In this document: one piece after another, positions 1-10,740 of the stretch
How the letters are laid out: each line of letters starts with the position of its first letter
How positions within the stretch are numbered: the stretch's first letter is position 1
Origin: an uncultured Pseudomonadales bacterium
Lineage (GTDB): Bacteria; Pseudomonadota; Gammaproteobacteria; Pseudomonadales; Pseudohongiellaceae
Direction: 5' to 3'
NCBI GenBank assembly: GCA_947259995.1
Contig: CAMYOK010000002.1
Span: 224,881 to 288,880, forward strand
DNA length: 64,000 nt
Notes under the pieces: model-generated
What the model saw: the letters and a program-made list of their open reading frames with translations, nothing else
Told to the model about the DNA's origin: nothing
The model's database searches: none
Program-made: the position numbers and the translations under genes

Positions 1-552
1 AGACTCTTCGTCCTGGAAGCGCGCAACAATAAGGTTGGGATTGTCTAACGACAAAGAACGCGAACGGATTCTTTCACTGCGTAGCAACTGGCGAATCGTG
101 CTGACGTTGTTCTCCATACGACGCTCTAGCGCGGCATCCATGTCCACTTCCATCAAGAAATGCACGCCGCCTTGCAGGTCTAAGCCTAAGCTCATCTTGC
201 CGGCATTGATCGCCTGTAACCAACCGGGAGTAGTTGGTGCCAAATTCAAAGCAGTGAAATAACCGCCACCAAGAGTCTGTTCAATGATCGCCTTGCCACG
301 CAGTTGATCTTCGAGGTTGTTGAAGCGGACCAAGCCCGTGCGCCCGTCAACGGTGTCGCCAAAATACTCGACATCTTCGGCACGCAAAGCATCGGTAATC
401 ATACCGATGTCGAACTCCGAGATATCCTGATCTTCATGGCTAATTTGCACCGCTGGATCATCAGGGTACAAATTGGGAGCGGAATAGATCGCAGCCAACA
501 GCACCACAAAAACGACGAGCAGGTTTTTCCAAAGAGGGAATTTGTTCAGCAT
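1..552 (-). CDS. secD: Protein translocase subunit SecD, N-terminal part (5' end of the gene; continues past the left window edge)
   Basis: My own reverse-strand translation from the ATG at complement 550-552 reads MLNKFPLWKNLLVVFVVLLAAIYSAPNLYPDDPAVQI...GLDLQGGVHFLMEVDMDAALERR. This is the SecD N-terminal TM helix and periplasmic head motif. The frame stays open to base 1. It follows tgt-yajC as in the conserved tgt-yajC-secDF operon. It is absent from the ORF track because it is truncated. Confidence 0.8.
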   Translation of the reverse strand, partial: MLNKFPLWKNLLVVFVVLLAAIYSAPNLYPDDPAVQISHEDQDISEFDIGMITDALRAEDVEYFGDTVDGRTGLVRFNNLEDQLRGKAIIEQTLGGGYFTALNLAPTTPGWLQAINAGKMSLGLDLQGGVHFLMEVDMDAALERRMENNVSTIRQLLRSERIRSRSLSLDNPNLIVARFQDEES

Positions 553-601
553 CGATCTAAACTCTTGTTAAAGAGGCGCTATTCGCGCCTGAATGAAGCG
601 G

Positions 602-931
602 TTACTGAATAGATTTAATAGTGCCTTTAGGAAGCGCAGCGGCCACTGAGGCTTTTTGCATGCTCAGCTCAACGCCATCAGCTACTTGCAAAGTCACATA
701 GTCATCGGTCACTTTCGTCACTTTGCCCAGCAAACCGCCGCTAGTAAGCACTTCATCACCCTTGGCAAGGGCAGTCACCAACTCTTTATGCTCTTTTGCG
801 CGCTTTGATTGCGGACGCCAAAGGATTAGGTAGAACAGGACAAACATTCCGCCTATGAATAGAATATTGAAAGTTACACTTTGTTGCGGGGCAGCATCTT
901 GCGCATATGCGGCGCTAATGAAAAAGTCCAT
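602..931 (-). CDS. yajC: Preprotein translocase subunit YajC
   Basis: 109 aa with a single TM segment, then RPQSKRAKEHKELVTALAKGDEVLTSGGLLGKVTKV, the YajC signature. It sits between tgt and secD. Confidence 0.9.
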   Translation of the reverse strand: MDFFISAAYAQDAAPQQSVTFNILFIGGMFVLFYLILWRPQSKRAKEHKELVTALAKGDEVLTSGGLLGKVTKVTDDYVTLQVADGVELSMQKASVAAALPKGTIKSIQ

Positions 932-1014
932 GTTAGTTCTCTCTAATTGTGTGGTGTTCTATTGTGGGGCCATTTGGGGGCAATTCAAGAGTGCCGCTGG
1001 CCGTCTCTTGCGAT

Positions 1015-2145
<1,131 letters not shown>

Positions 2146-2159
2146 CTAGAAATTCGAAA

Positions 2160-3746
2160 TTAATGCTCACGAGTGGCATGGAACTCGACATCTGGCCAAC
2201 GCTCCTCCATCAATGAAAGATTGACCCGGCTCGGAGCAAGGTAAGTTAGATGTTCGCCGCCATCGATCGAAATATTGTCATACGCCTTCTTGCGGAACTC
2301 TTCTAGCTTCGCCGGATCCTTGCTCGTGACCCAGCGCGCACTGTAAACACTCACTGGTTCATAGATACAATCGACCTTGTATTCGTCTTTTAGGCGGAAG
2401 GCGACGACTTCGAATTGCAGCACCCCTACAGCACCAACAATTAAGTCATTATTCTTAAAAGGCATAAACACTTGCACCGAACCTTCCTCGGACAATTGCT
2501 TCAAGCCTTTTTGCAGCTGCTTCATTTTCAATGGGTCTTTCAGGCGTATGCGCTTGAACAGCTCTGGGGCAAAATGCGGAATACCTTTGAACTGCAAGGC
2601 CTCCCCTTCTGTAAAGGTATCACCAATCTGAATGGTCCCATGGTTATGAAAACCAAGAATGTCACCTGACACCGCCTCGATTGCTTGCTCACGCTCACCA
2701 GCCAAGAACGTCACCGCATCACTGACGCGAATCTCTTTGTTAAGCCGGGTATGCGCCACCTTCATGCCACGGTTATAACTGCCAGAGCAGACCCGTAGGA
2801 ACGCGATGCGATCCCGGTGATTCGGGTCCATATTGGCTTGGATCTTAAAGACAAAGGCAGTGAATTTTTCTTCGGTTGGCGCCACTGTTCGCGATTGCGT
2901 GTCGCGTGCCAATGGCGCTGGCGCCCACTCGACAAACTCATCTAACATTTCACGCACCCCGAAATTGCCCAGTGCCGTGCCGAAATACACTGGTGTCATG
3001 CGCCCTGCACGATACTCTTCTAGATCAAACTGATTACTCGCACCACGCACGAGTTCAATCTCCATCTGCATATCGTCAGTATAAGCACCAAGTAGCTTGC
3101 GCGCCTCAGGACTATCGAGCCCTTTTATCTGCACGTCATCAGGCAAACGATCGGCTTGCCCGTGCTGATACACATGAATAGTATCGGTATAGAGGTTATA
3201 AACTCCCTTGAACTCTTTGCCCATGCCCAAGGGCCAGTTAATCGGGGCACAGCGAATGCCTAAAACGGTCTCAATCTCATCGAGCACCTCGATAGGGTCG
3301 CGAGTATCACGGTCCAGTTTGTTCACAAAAGTGAAGATAGGTGTATCGCGTAGGCGACAGACCTCCATCAATTTGATTGTGCGAGCCTCGACCCCCTTGG
3401 CACCATCGACCACCATTAGGGCCGAATCAACAGCTGTGAGGACGCGATAAGTATCCTCGGAGAAGTCTTCGTGGCCTGGGGTATCAAGCAAGTTGACCAT
3501 GCGATCACGGTAGGGAAACTGCATTACTGACGAAGTCACCGAAATTCCGCGTTGCTGCTCCATCGCCATCCAGTCAGAAGTCGCGTGTCTATCCGATTTC
3601 TTGCCTTTTACTGTACCGGCTTTTTGAATGAGCTTGCCTAATAACAATAGCTTTTCGGTGATCGTCGTTTTACCGGCGTCGGGGTGCGAGATGATAGCAA
3701 AAGTCCTTCGCTTATTGATTTCATTGACTAAAGTGCTATTACTCAT
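2160..3746 (-). CDS. prfC: Peptide chain release factor 3 (GTPase)
   Basis: 528 aa. Has the [23 protein letters not shown]1 motif, DTPGHEDF and NKLDR, with full-length similarity to RF3. Confidence 0.95.
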   Translation of the reverse strand: MSNSTLVNEINKRRTFAIISHPDAGKTTITEKLLLLGKLIQKAGTVKGKKSDRHATSDWMAMEQQRGISVTSSVMQFPYRDRMVNLLDTPGHEDFSEDTYRVLTAVDSALMVVDGAKGVEARTIKLMEVCRLRDTPIFTFVNKLDRDTRDPIEVLDEIETVLGIRCAPINWPLGMGKEFKGVYNLYTDTIHVYQHGQADRLPDDVQIKGLDSPEARKLLGAYTDDMQMEIELVRGASNQFDLEEYRAGRMTPVYFGTALGNFGVREMLDEFVEWAPAPLARDTQSRTVAPTEEKFTAFVFKIQANMDPNHRDRIAFLRVCSGSYNRGMKVAHTRLNKEIRVSDAVTFLAGEREQAIEAVSGDILGFHNHGTIQIGDTFTEGEALQFKGIPHFAPELFKRIRLKDPLKMKQLQKGLKQLSEEGSVQVFMPFKNNDLIVGAVGVLQFEVVAFRLKDEYKVDCIYEPVSVYSARWVTSKDPAKLEEFRKKAYDNISIDGGEHLTYLAPSRVNLSLMEERWPDVEFHATREH

Positions 3747-4009
3747 TCCGTTTAGTTCCTACTCTGTACCTAAATTTCGTACCCATTCGAAAGTTTCCCA
3801 GTTGGGGGCCACATCGCGCGACATTCTACCGGAGAATGGGTGCGCTATAAATTGCTGCTCACTATTACTTTCGCAGTGGCGCTACAAAACTTCGCGACTC
3901 AGGCACCCGCAACACAACAAGCCCTTAAATTACAGAGTGTTACAAGCTCTCCTCGTATCCCCATCGAGTACTGATGCGTGAACTTAGCGCCTTAGAGCTG
4001 CGTAAGATA

Positions 4010-4050
4010 TTGACAACCCCTCTTATACATGTGAATTTTCATATATGAAA
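4010..4050 (+). promoter_or_regulatory. Putative ars promoter/operator: perfect TTGACA -35 hexamer (4010-4015) and a 14 bp perfect palindrome TTTCATATATGAAA (4037-4050) overlapping the arsR ATG
   Basis: Read directly from the sequence. The palindrome is its own reverse complement. ArsR/SmtB repressors bind dyad operators at their own promoters. No convincing -10 hexamer is present. Confidence 0.35.
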
Positions 4051-4383
4051 TCAATAAACCCCTGTAGATTCTATAAATGCCTAGCGGATGATACGCGTCT
4101 GAAAACTGTCTTGCTGATTTCACAGGCCACCGAGGCATGCGTATGCGACCTAATGACGGCCTTGGCTCTAGATCAACCCAAGACCTCTCGCCACCTTGCA
4201 CAATTACGCAAAGCAGGCATTGTCCAAGACGAACGCCGAGGCAAATGGGTGTACTACAAGATTCATCCCGATTTGCCACGCTGGGCAATGGACGTCATCG
4301 AGAACACCGCCCGCAACAATGGTGAATATTTTGAGGGGGCCATGAGCACCCTTAAATGCTGTCAACTAACAGATAATTGCTGA
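4045..4383 (+). CDS. arsR: ArsR/SmtB family metalloregulatory repressor
   Basis: 112 aa. Has LADDTRLKTVLLI, the metal-site-like ACVCDL motif and the wHTH segment TSRHLAQLRKAGIV. It lies directly upstream of arsH and acr3. Confidence 0.85.
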   Translation: MKSINPCRFYKCLADDTRLKTVLLISQATEACVCDLMTALALDQPKTSRHLAQLRKAGIVQDERRGKWVYYKIHPDLPRWAMDVIENTARNNGEYFEGAMSTLKCCQLTDNC

Positions 4384-4408
4384 ATCATCGCAATCTCGGA
4401 GCAACTAA

Positions 4409-5128
4409 GTGAGCATTACTGATCCCACCACTCCTAACATTGATAACACGCAGTTTGAGATCCCAAACCCTTCTCGTTTTAATGGCACACACTCGGTTCA
4501 CAAACCGAGAGTCCTCTTGCTGTATGGTTCATTGCGACAGCGCTCTTTTAGCCGTCTGGCTACCGAAGAAGCGGCAAGACTGCTCGACCTATTCGGCGCC
4601 GAAACGCGCATCTTCGACCCCCGCGGTTTGCCAGCAACAGACACCGAAGATGACACCCACCCTAAGGTCCAAGAACTGCGCGAGCTGATGCTGTGGTCAG
4701 AGGCTCAAGTCTGGTGCTCACCTGAACGTCACGGGTCCATGACGAGCATCTTTAAAAGCCAAATTGATTGGGTACCTTTAAGCCTTGGCGGGGTTCGGCC
4801 GACACAAGGCAAGGCACTGGCGATCATGCAAGTCTGTGGCGGTTCGCAATCCTTTAACACTGTGAATCAGCTGCGTATTCTTGGCCGTTGGATGCGGATG
4901 TTTACTATCCCCAATCAATCGTCGGTACCCAAGGCATTCTTAGAGTTTGACGACAAAGACCGCATGCGCGCCTCGCCATTGTACAACCGCATAGTCGACG
5001 TGATGGAAGAGCTGATGAAGTTCACCCTGCTCCTGCGTGATAATAAAGAGTATTTGGTCGACCGCTACTCCGAACGAGTCGAGTCCGCCGAGCAAGTCAG
5101 CGCGCGAGTCAATCAAGCATCATTATAG
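4409..5128 (+). CDS. arsH: Arsenical resistance protein ArsH (NADPH-dependent FMN reductase)
   Basis: 239 aa. Has [50 protein letters not shown] and [29 protein letters not shown], nearly collinear with ArsH sequences as I remember them. Confidence 0.85.
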   Translation: MSITDPTTPNIDNTQFEIPNPSRFNGTHSVHKPRVLLLYGSLRQRSFSRLATEEAARLLDLFGAETRIFDPRGLPATDTEDDTHPKVQELRELMLWSEAQVWCSPERHGSMTSIFKSQIDWVPLSLGGVRPTQGKALAIMQVCGGSQSFNTVNQLRILGRWMRMFTIPNQSSVPKAFLEFDDKDRMRASPLYNRIVDVMEELMKFTLLLRDNKEYLVDRYSERVESAEQVSARVNQASL

Positions 5129-5138
5129 AAGAGCCATC

Positions 5139-6158
5139 ATGGGATTATTTGAACGTTTGCTTTCCGTCTGGGTAGGCATAGCCATAGTGACAGGGATTAT
5201 TCTGGGCAGCATCGCGCCCGAACTATTTGCCCTAATAGCCGCCCTCGAAATCGCCCATGTTAACCTAGTCATTGCAGTGCTCATCTGGCTAATGGTGTAC
5301 CCGATGATGGTGCAAATCGACTTCACCTCCATCAAGGATGTGGGCAGAAAGCCGAAAGGCTTGATACTGACTTTGATCATCAATTGGCTGATCAAACCCT
5401 TCACCATGGCCCTGCTAGGGTGGCTTTTTTTTAAAATCATTTTTGCCGGTTGGGTTGAGCAAGGCCTCGCGACTGAATACATCGCCGGGATGATCCTCCT
5501 AGGAGTAGCCCCTTGCACCGCCATGGTGTTTGTCTGGAGCCAATTGACGAGGGGAGACGCCAACTACACCCTCGTGCAAGTCTCGATTAACGACATCATC
5601 ATGGTATTTGCCTTTGCGCCGATCTCAGGGTTTTTGCTAGGCATGGTAGAGGTCGCAGTGCCCTGGAGCACCCTGTTAATTTCCGTGATTCTGTACGTGC
5701 TTGCCCCCCTGCTCGCAGGCGCCTACACCCGCCATAAACTGATACAAGGAAAAGATGAACACAAACTCAACGCGTTTTTAGCGGCATTGAAACCGTGGTC
5801 CATTATCGGCTTATTAATCACGGTGTTATTGCTCTTCGCCCTGCAAGCAGAAACCATCATCGCCCAACCTGAAACAATCGTTTTGATCGCAATCCCATTG
5901 CTGATTCAAAGCTATGGGATATTCGCGCTGACGTACGTACTCGCTAAACGCCTCGCATTGCCCTACGCAGTTGCCGCGCCGGCCTGCATGATCGGCACGT
6001 CGAATTTTTTTGAATTAGCCGTCGCGGTTGCGATTTCGCTATTCGGGCTGCACTCAGGCGCAGCCTTAGCGACTGTGGTGGGAGTTTTAGTAGAAGTTCC
6101 GGTGATGTTATCGCTGGTGTGGTTCGTCAAGCGCAATCGCGCTAGCTTCAACGCCTAG
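5139..6158 (+). CDS. acr3: Arsenite efflux transporter, ACR3 family
   Basis: Polytopic membrane protein starting [19 protein letters not shown], a typical ACR3 N-terminus. I chose the ATG at 5139 rather than the track start at 5037, which would overlap arsH by 92 nt. Confidence 0.85.
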   Translation: MGLFERLLSVWVGIAIVTGIILGSIAPELFALIAALEIAHVNLVIAVLIWLMVYPMMVQIDFTSIKDVGRKPKGLILTLIINWLIKPFTMALLGWLFFKIIFAGWVEQGLATEYIAGMILLGVAPCTAMVFVWSQLTRGDANYTLVQVSINDIIMVFAFAPISGFLLGMVEVAVPWSTLLISVILYVLAPLLAGAYTRHKLIQGKDEHKLNAFLAALKPWSIIGLLITVLLLFALQAETIIAQPETIVLIAIPLLIQSYGIFALTYVLAKRLALPYAVAAPACMIGTSNFFELAVAVAISLFGLHSGAALATVVGVLVEVPVMLSLVWFVKRNRASFNA

Positions 6159-6180
6159 CGTAAAGACAGGGATTGTCAGA

Positions 6181-6816
6181 CTAGTGAACAGTGGCCGAAA
6201 CTGGGCGGCCAGTGGTAATCGCAAAATCCGGGTGTAGCAGATCTGCCCGCTTAACCAGCAGCAAGTCATGTCGATTCAATTTGTCGAACTCGCCTACTGA
6301 CTCTATGTCGATGTCCTCGAGTAACACACAGACGACCTCTTCACCGTCAATATCGACGACTACGCAGCGTTTGAAGCCCACTAGGGTGTTCAATGAGGCA
6401 AAGCTGCCAATATCACAATTATGAGCGGGGTAGAGACCGGTGGAGTGCTGCAGCACAGCAGAAGAGCCATAGGCCATCCCGAAGCCAGCGGCCGCCACAA
6501 CATGAATAATATCGATAATGGCTGGGTCGGTAAGATCAATACGGACGGTATCGTTGGCAATGACGCGGTTATCATCTTGCTCATGCGCGACTAGCTTCAA
6601 GAACAAGCTGATATCGTCCTGGTTCCATTCGAGCATCTCTTCGGTCTCAGCACGGCTGCTATCGGAGGCGAAGCTCACCACGCTGGTTTCAATGGTGAGA
6701 TCTTTACGATCATCTTCCGATTCGTAAGGCACAACCATTGACACTGCACAGAGCCCGTCGCCGGTCTCTGGGCTAAGTCGCCACAAAAAAGGAATATTGC
6801 CAGTTAGTTCAACCAT
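6181..6816 (-). CDS. Hypothetical acidic cytoplasmic protein (no family recognised)
   Basis: 211 aa ORF with no competing ORF. No motif that I can name. Confidence 0.45.
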   Translation of the reverse strand: MVELTGNIPFLWRLSPETGDGLCAVSMVVPYESEDDRKDLTIETSVVSFASDSSRAETEEMLEWNQDDISLFLKLVAHEQDDNRVIANDTVRIDLTDPAIIDIIHVVAAAGFGMAYGSSAVLQHSTGLYPAHNCDIGSFASLNTLVGFKRCVVVDIDGEEVVCVLLEDIDIESVGEFDKLNRHDLLLVKRADLLHPDFAITTGRPVSATVH

Positions 6817-7061
6817 TGCCTGCTACTGATTGGAGGAGTGATGATACGCCGCTACGATAGCATCAATATGCCTAGCAGATAAAGTGAAAATCCAAGGTGT
6901 CGAAATCCCGACAGCCACTTTTGGTAACAATATGACTGCAAATATGTGACTTTCCTGCCCAGCTCAACAAGGTCTTAGTGAAGCAGCTTGAAAATAGATC
7001 ATTTCACCTCTTTCGGGAGTTGACGCCTATCAAGAACTATGAAGGAAAAAAGCGTAAATTG

Positions 7062-7084
7062 TTTTCCACAGATTCTGTGGATAA
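7062..7084. promoter_or_regulatory. Inverted pair of DnaA-box-like 9-mers (TTTTCCACA, 5 nt spacer, TGTGGATAA), also readable as a 17 bp palindrome TCCACAGA-T-TCTGTGGA
   Basis: TGTGGATAA (7076-7084) is the exact reverse complement of the consensus DnaA box TTATCCACA. TTTTCCACA (7062-7070) fits TTWTNCACA. The site lies in a 585 bp AT-rich intergenic region. Confidence 0.35.
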
Positions 7085-7401
7085 GTCAGTTGATAACTTG
7101 GAAATAAACGGCGCAAACACTGAAAATCTAGCACTTAGACACAAGTTGGTTGTTTTATAACCAATTAGAATAGTCATTAAATATCAATAAGATAGTTAAC
7201 TATCGGACGTTCCAAGAGCGAAAAACACTATTTTTATAGGAGATTAGTGACAAAACGGGAATGTATGTGCATAAAAACAGGGCACAATTAAAATGTTAGA
7301 TAAAAACACTCTCTTTGTGCGCTGTTTTCATTAGGTTTTTTTGATCTATAATCCGTCTCTCATCCCTCTTGGGGAGAACCAATGTTCCGAGGTAGTGCAT
7401 T

Positions 7402-7836
7402 TTGAAATCCGTCAAACTTTCCATGCTAGCGGGGATTATAGTCTCCATAGCCCTAGTCGCCGTCGCTTACGTGATCGATCGTATGAACATTGCTCGCTCT
7501 CTAGAGTCCTTGCAAGCAACCCTCAGCAGCATTAGCCAGCCTGTGCTGCGCTTGGGCAATACAGATGCACTGCAGCAGCAACTCGACGAGGGGGCGATCG
7601 TGATCATCCCCAGCTTTGCCGTCTATGACTCAATGCTGCCACTAATTACCCTCGATGAATTCGAAGGACAGATATCCCCCCCTTCTTGGTTCTCATTTGA
7701 ACCTGCCGTCGCGCGCGTCAGCGCACGGGCAAACTTTTCGCGAGGAATCAGTGACGTCAATACTACGGCCGTCTTTAAAGACGGCCAGTGGCGTATACAG
7801 CGCTATGAAGTGGTACGGGGCCCTCTTGCGCAATAA
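7402..7836 (+). CDS. Hypothetical membrane-anchored protein
   Basis: 144 aa with an N-terminal hydrophobic helix (LAGIIVSIALVAVAYVI). It has a TTG start in the track, and the alternative ATG is at 7423. No family recognised. Confidence 0.45.
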   Translation: MKSVKLSMLAGIIVSIALVAVAYVIDRMNIARSLESLQATLSSISQPVLRLGNTDALQQQLDEGAIVIIPSFAVYDSMLPLITLDEFEGQISPPSWFSFEPAVARVSARANFSRGISDVNTTAVFKDGQWRIQRYEVVRGPLAQ

Positions 7837-7841
7837 AGGCC

Positions 7842-8165
7842 TCAGCGCAGCAATAGTCTATGCAGCAAAGGCAAAAACGTTAGCCCTAGCAATAGGGCGA
7901 CGATGAAGTCTTGGTCAATCTGCAAGCTAGCCGTTGACTCCGTAGGCAAGTTAATAAAAACACAGAGCACCGACACCAGGCTTAGCAACAAGACATTGCG
8001 CTGAATAAGCAATGTACTTACTCCTAAGGCCAAAATGGCAACTGCCAAATAATTGCTTTGCAGCCCAAGTCGCGCAACAGTTTCGTTGGCAATAGTGATG
8101 CCAATGGTCGCAAATAGGAGAAATGCAAAAATCGCATACTTGAACACGGCCAACCTCCTTAACAA
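7842..8165 (-). CDS. Small hypothetical integral membrane protein
   Basis: 107 aa with three or four hydrophobic segments. No family recognised. Confidence 0.4.
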   Translation of the reverse strand: MLRRLAVFKYAIFAFLLFATIGITIANETVARLGLQSNYLAVAILALGVSTLLIQRNVLLLSLVSVLCVFINLPTESTASLQIDQDFIVALLLGLTFLPLLHRLLLR

Positions 8166-8292
8166 GCAATTGGCTTGTCTAGAGACTATAACGGCTCAAA
8201 TATTAGAGACTGAGGGAATTTAAACAAAACTTTGAACGGCGTCATGAAATTTCAACACACAAGCCACAAAACCCGCGATACTCGTGACAACG

Positions 8293-10581
8293 CTACTCGG
8301 CAACCACTCGTAAAAGTTGTTTGTAATCGCTCAAGCCCATAAAGATCTTGTTGATGCCATCCTGCTTGAGTGTCCGCATACCGTCTCGCAACGCTTGCTG
8401 GCGCATGTCTTCTAAGTCAGCCTTGTCATAGATTAGGCTGCGCATCTCGTGAGTACCTGTCAGCAACTCATGAATGCCTGTACGCCCTTTGTAGCCTGTG
8501 CCACCACAATCATCACAGCCAACGGCCCGAAACAACTTAACCTTGTTAGTATCTACCCCCAACTCTGGGAATTGGTCGCGACCGTAACTGTCGATTAAAT
8601 GATCTAGCTCTTGCTTGCTTGGCGAGTATTCTTCCTTACAGGCGCCGCATAAAGTGCGCATTAGGCGCTGCGCTAATACCCCAAGTAGCGCATCGGAGAA
8701 ATTAACAGGATCAAGCCCTAGGTCGAGCAGACGAGTGATCGTTTCGGGCGCCGAATTGGTATGCAACGTCGACAACACCAAATGGCCTGTTAGTGAGGCC
8801 TCAATACCAATACTGGCTGTCTCATGGTCCCGCATCTCACCAATAAGGATAACATCTGGGTCTGCCCGTAAAAACGCTCGCATTGCTGTGGCAAAAGTGA
8901 AATTAATCTTCGGTAGGACTTGCACTTGCTGCAGGCCAGGCTGAGTAATCTCGACCGGGTCTTCCGCCGTCCAAATTTTTCGGTCAGGTGTATTAATATA
9001 GCCTAATACGCCGTGCAGTGTAGTAGTTTTACCTGACCCGGTTGGCCCAACCACTAACAACAAACCATGCGGATGCGCAGAGAGCTCAATGATTTTATCG
9101 TAGTTGGGGCGCGATAAATTGAGCTTAGCCAAAGGCATTGCACTGCCCGCGGCTAACAAACGTAACACCGCACTTTCACCGTTCACAGTAGGCACAGTTG
9201 CTACACGTAATTCTAGTTTCTTGCCGCGCACCTTTAACTTACATTTACCGTCTTGCGGCAAACGGCGCTCGGCAATATTGAGACGAGAAATGACTTTTAT
9301 TCGCGCGATCAGTGCAGAGGTATGTTCTTTAGGAACTTTCAACAATTCGCGGCAAATACCATCGACGCGAATACGCACAGTGCCCGAAGATTGATCTTTG
9401 CCAGGCTCAACATGAATATCGGATGCGCCAAGGCGGTCGGCCTCGGTAATGATACGGTTGACTAGTTGAATGATAGCAGAGGTGGCGGCGAGATTTTCCT
9501 CTTCAGCTTCATCTTCGCTCTCGATCTCGACGTTGCCTTGCTCTTCTAGGCGAGAGAAAACATCATCAAAACCCGCTTCGGAATCGCTACCGTCGTCATC
9601 GCGCAGATACTGCAAGATGTGTTCAGGCAGCCCTACTCGAAACGCATAGTTACGCGCGTTCAGAACGCCCTGTATTTCCATAATGCGCTGATAATCGCTT
9701 GGGTCATCGATAAGAATAACGGCTTCATTCTTATCTCCCGCTATTGGCAGCCAAAGGTTTTTGCGTAGATAACTAACGCCGATGTTCTCGAACAACTCCG
9801 CAGGCAAGGTGACCCCTTGCTCGTACTTCATATAGGGCACGCGATAATAGAATTCCAAAGACGCACCGATGGCGTCAGCATCGATGCTGAAATCCTCCAT
9901 CAAAATGCGTGAAACGGAGCCACCATACAGGCCCACTTTGTTCTGCACGTCCTCGAGTTCTTGACTGGATATTTTATTCTTTTGCACGAGGTAATCGTAA
10001 GGGCCTTGTGTGCTTTGCAATTCCGAACGGAACTGTTTGGCCAGCATCTGCGACACCATCATCGCGTGCTTGAGGTCAGTCTTACTAAACTCGCGATCAC
10101 CTTCAAAGTTAATGAGCTGCAGCACCCCAAGCAATATGCCATCTTTAATGGGCACCACAATCATCGATTTTACTGCCCACCCTTTCGCGTCGCTAAAACG
10201 ACGATCGAATTTGAGGCGCGGGTGAATATCGAGTAACTCTTGTTGGTCGAGGACATTACGAATCACTAACGCGCGTTGACTAAGAGCGACATAGCCAGCG
10301 AGCGAAGTCGGACTAAAGGGCACGCGAATCTCACTGGTATTTGTGTCTTCTGGATCGCCACCTTTAAAGCTCGCGAGAACTTCTTTGCCGTTTTGTACAC
10401 ATTGGTAAATAGTAAACAGACGCACACCGAGCAAATCCAGAAGCGATTGTTCAACTTCTTTCATGGCCTTTTTAAGATGTTTACTCTGTTTTAGACGCTG
10501 GTATACGAGCGACAAACCACGGACGAATTCGTCTTGTGCTTCGGGTTGTTTAGCGTCCATTACTTCTGCTGTTTGATTCAA
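8293..10581 (-). CDS. GspE/PulE-family secretion ATPase with an N-terminal GAF domain
   Basis: 762 aa. The N-terminal ~190 aa look like a GAF domain (LAGYVALSQRALVIRNV...VVPIKDGILLGVLQLINF). The C-terminal part has Walker A GPTGSGKTT, the Asp box, Walker B, the His box TGHLVLSTLHTN and the tetracysteine zinc motif CGACK...CDDCGGTGYKGR of GspE/PilB ATPases. Confidence 0.85.
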   Translation of the reverse strand: MNQTAEVMDAKQPEAQDEFVRGLSLVYQRLKQSKHLKKAMKEVEQSLLDLLGVRLFTIYQCVQNGKEVLASFKGGDPEDTNTSEIRVPFSPTSLAGYVALSQRALVIRNVLDQQELLDIHPRLKFDRRFSDAKGWAVKSMIVVPIKDGILLGVLQLINFEGDREFSKTDLKHAMMVSQMLAKQFRSELQSTQGPYDYLVQKNKISSQELEDVQNKVGLYGGSVSRILMEDFSIDADAIGASLEFYYRVPYMKYEQGVTLPAELFENIGVSYLRKNLWLPIAGDKNEAVILIDDPSDYQRIMEIQGVLNARNYAFRVGLPEHILQYLRDDDGSDSEAGFDDVFSRLEEQGNVEIESEDEAEEENLAATSAIIQLVNRIITEADRLGASDIHVEPGKDQSSGTVRIRVDGICRELLKVPKEHTSALIARIKVISRLNIAERRLPQDGKCKLKVRGKKLELRVATVPTVNGESAVLRLLAAGSAMPLAKLNLSRPNYDKIIELSAHPHGLLLVVGPTGSGKTTTLHGVLGYINTPDRKIWTAEDPVEITQPGLQQVQVLPKINFTFATAMRAFLRADPDVILIGEMRDHETASIGIEASLTGHLVLSTLHTNSAPETITRLLDLGLDPVNFSDALLGVLAQRLMRTLCGACKEEYSPSKQELDHLIDSYGRDQFPELGVDTNKVKLFRAVGCDDCGGTGYKGRTGIHELLTGTHEMRSLIYDKADLEDMRQQALRDGMRTLKQDGINKIFMGLSDYKQLLRVVAE

Positions 10582-10740
10582 ATTGACTCGACCGTGCTAG
10601 TATCATTGAGGTTTTCTACAGCTTTTTTGTGTTCATAAACTGCCAAGCTGGCAATGTTGATCGAAACTGCTAAGATTGCTCGCTGTTCTTAAAAACAGCC
10701 TGCGTCCCTCGACCTATGGCATCAATAGATTACGGCCTTT

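Noticed and set aside
304-612. 102 aa plus-strand ORF in the track
   Set aside because: It lies antisense to the clearly recognisable SecD N-terminus (complement 1-552) and has no recognisable motif. It is most likely a shadow ORF.
3992-4288. 98 aa minus-strand ORF opposite arsR
   Set aside because: It is antisense to a well-supported ArsR gene and has no motifs. It is a shadow ORF.
5037-5138. Upstream extension of the ACR3 ORF (track start at 5037)
   Set aside because: It would overlap arsH by 92 nt and adds a non-hydrophobic, unconserved-looking leader. The ATG at 5139 gives the canonical [14 protein letters not shown]3 N-terminus.
6978-7160. 60 aa ORF inside the AT-rich intergenic region
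   Set aside because: It has no good RBS and spans the DnaA-box palindrome, and its composition is typical of AT-rich non-coding DNA. I kept it only as a possibility under the intergenic-region finding.
6817-7401. Chromosomal replication origin (oriC)
   Set aside because: I found only two DnaA boxes and only two GATC sites in the stretch. There is no obvious array of AT-rich 13-mers, and no dnaA, dnaN, gidA, mioC or rpmH gene is nearby. An isolated DnaA-binding or regulatory site is more plausible than an origin.
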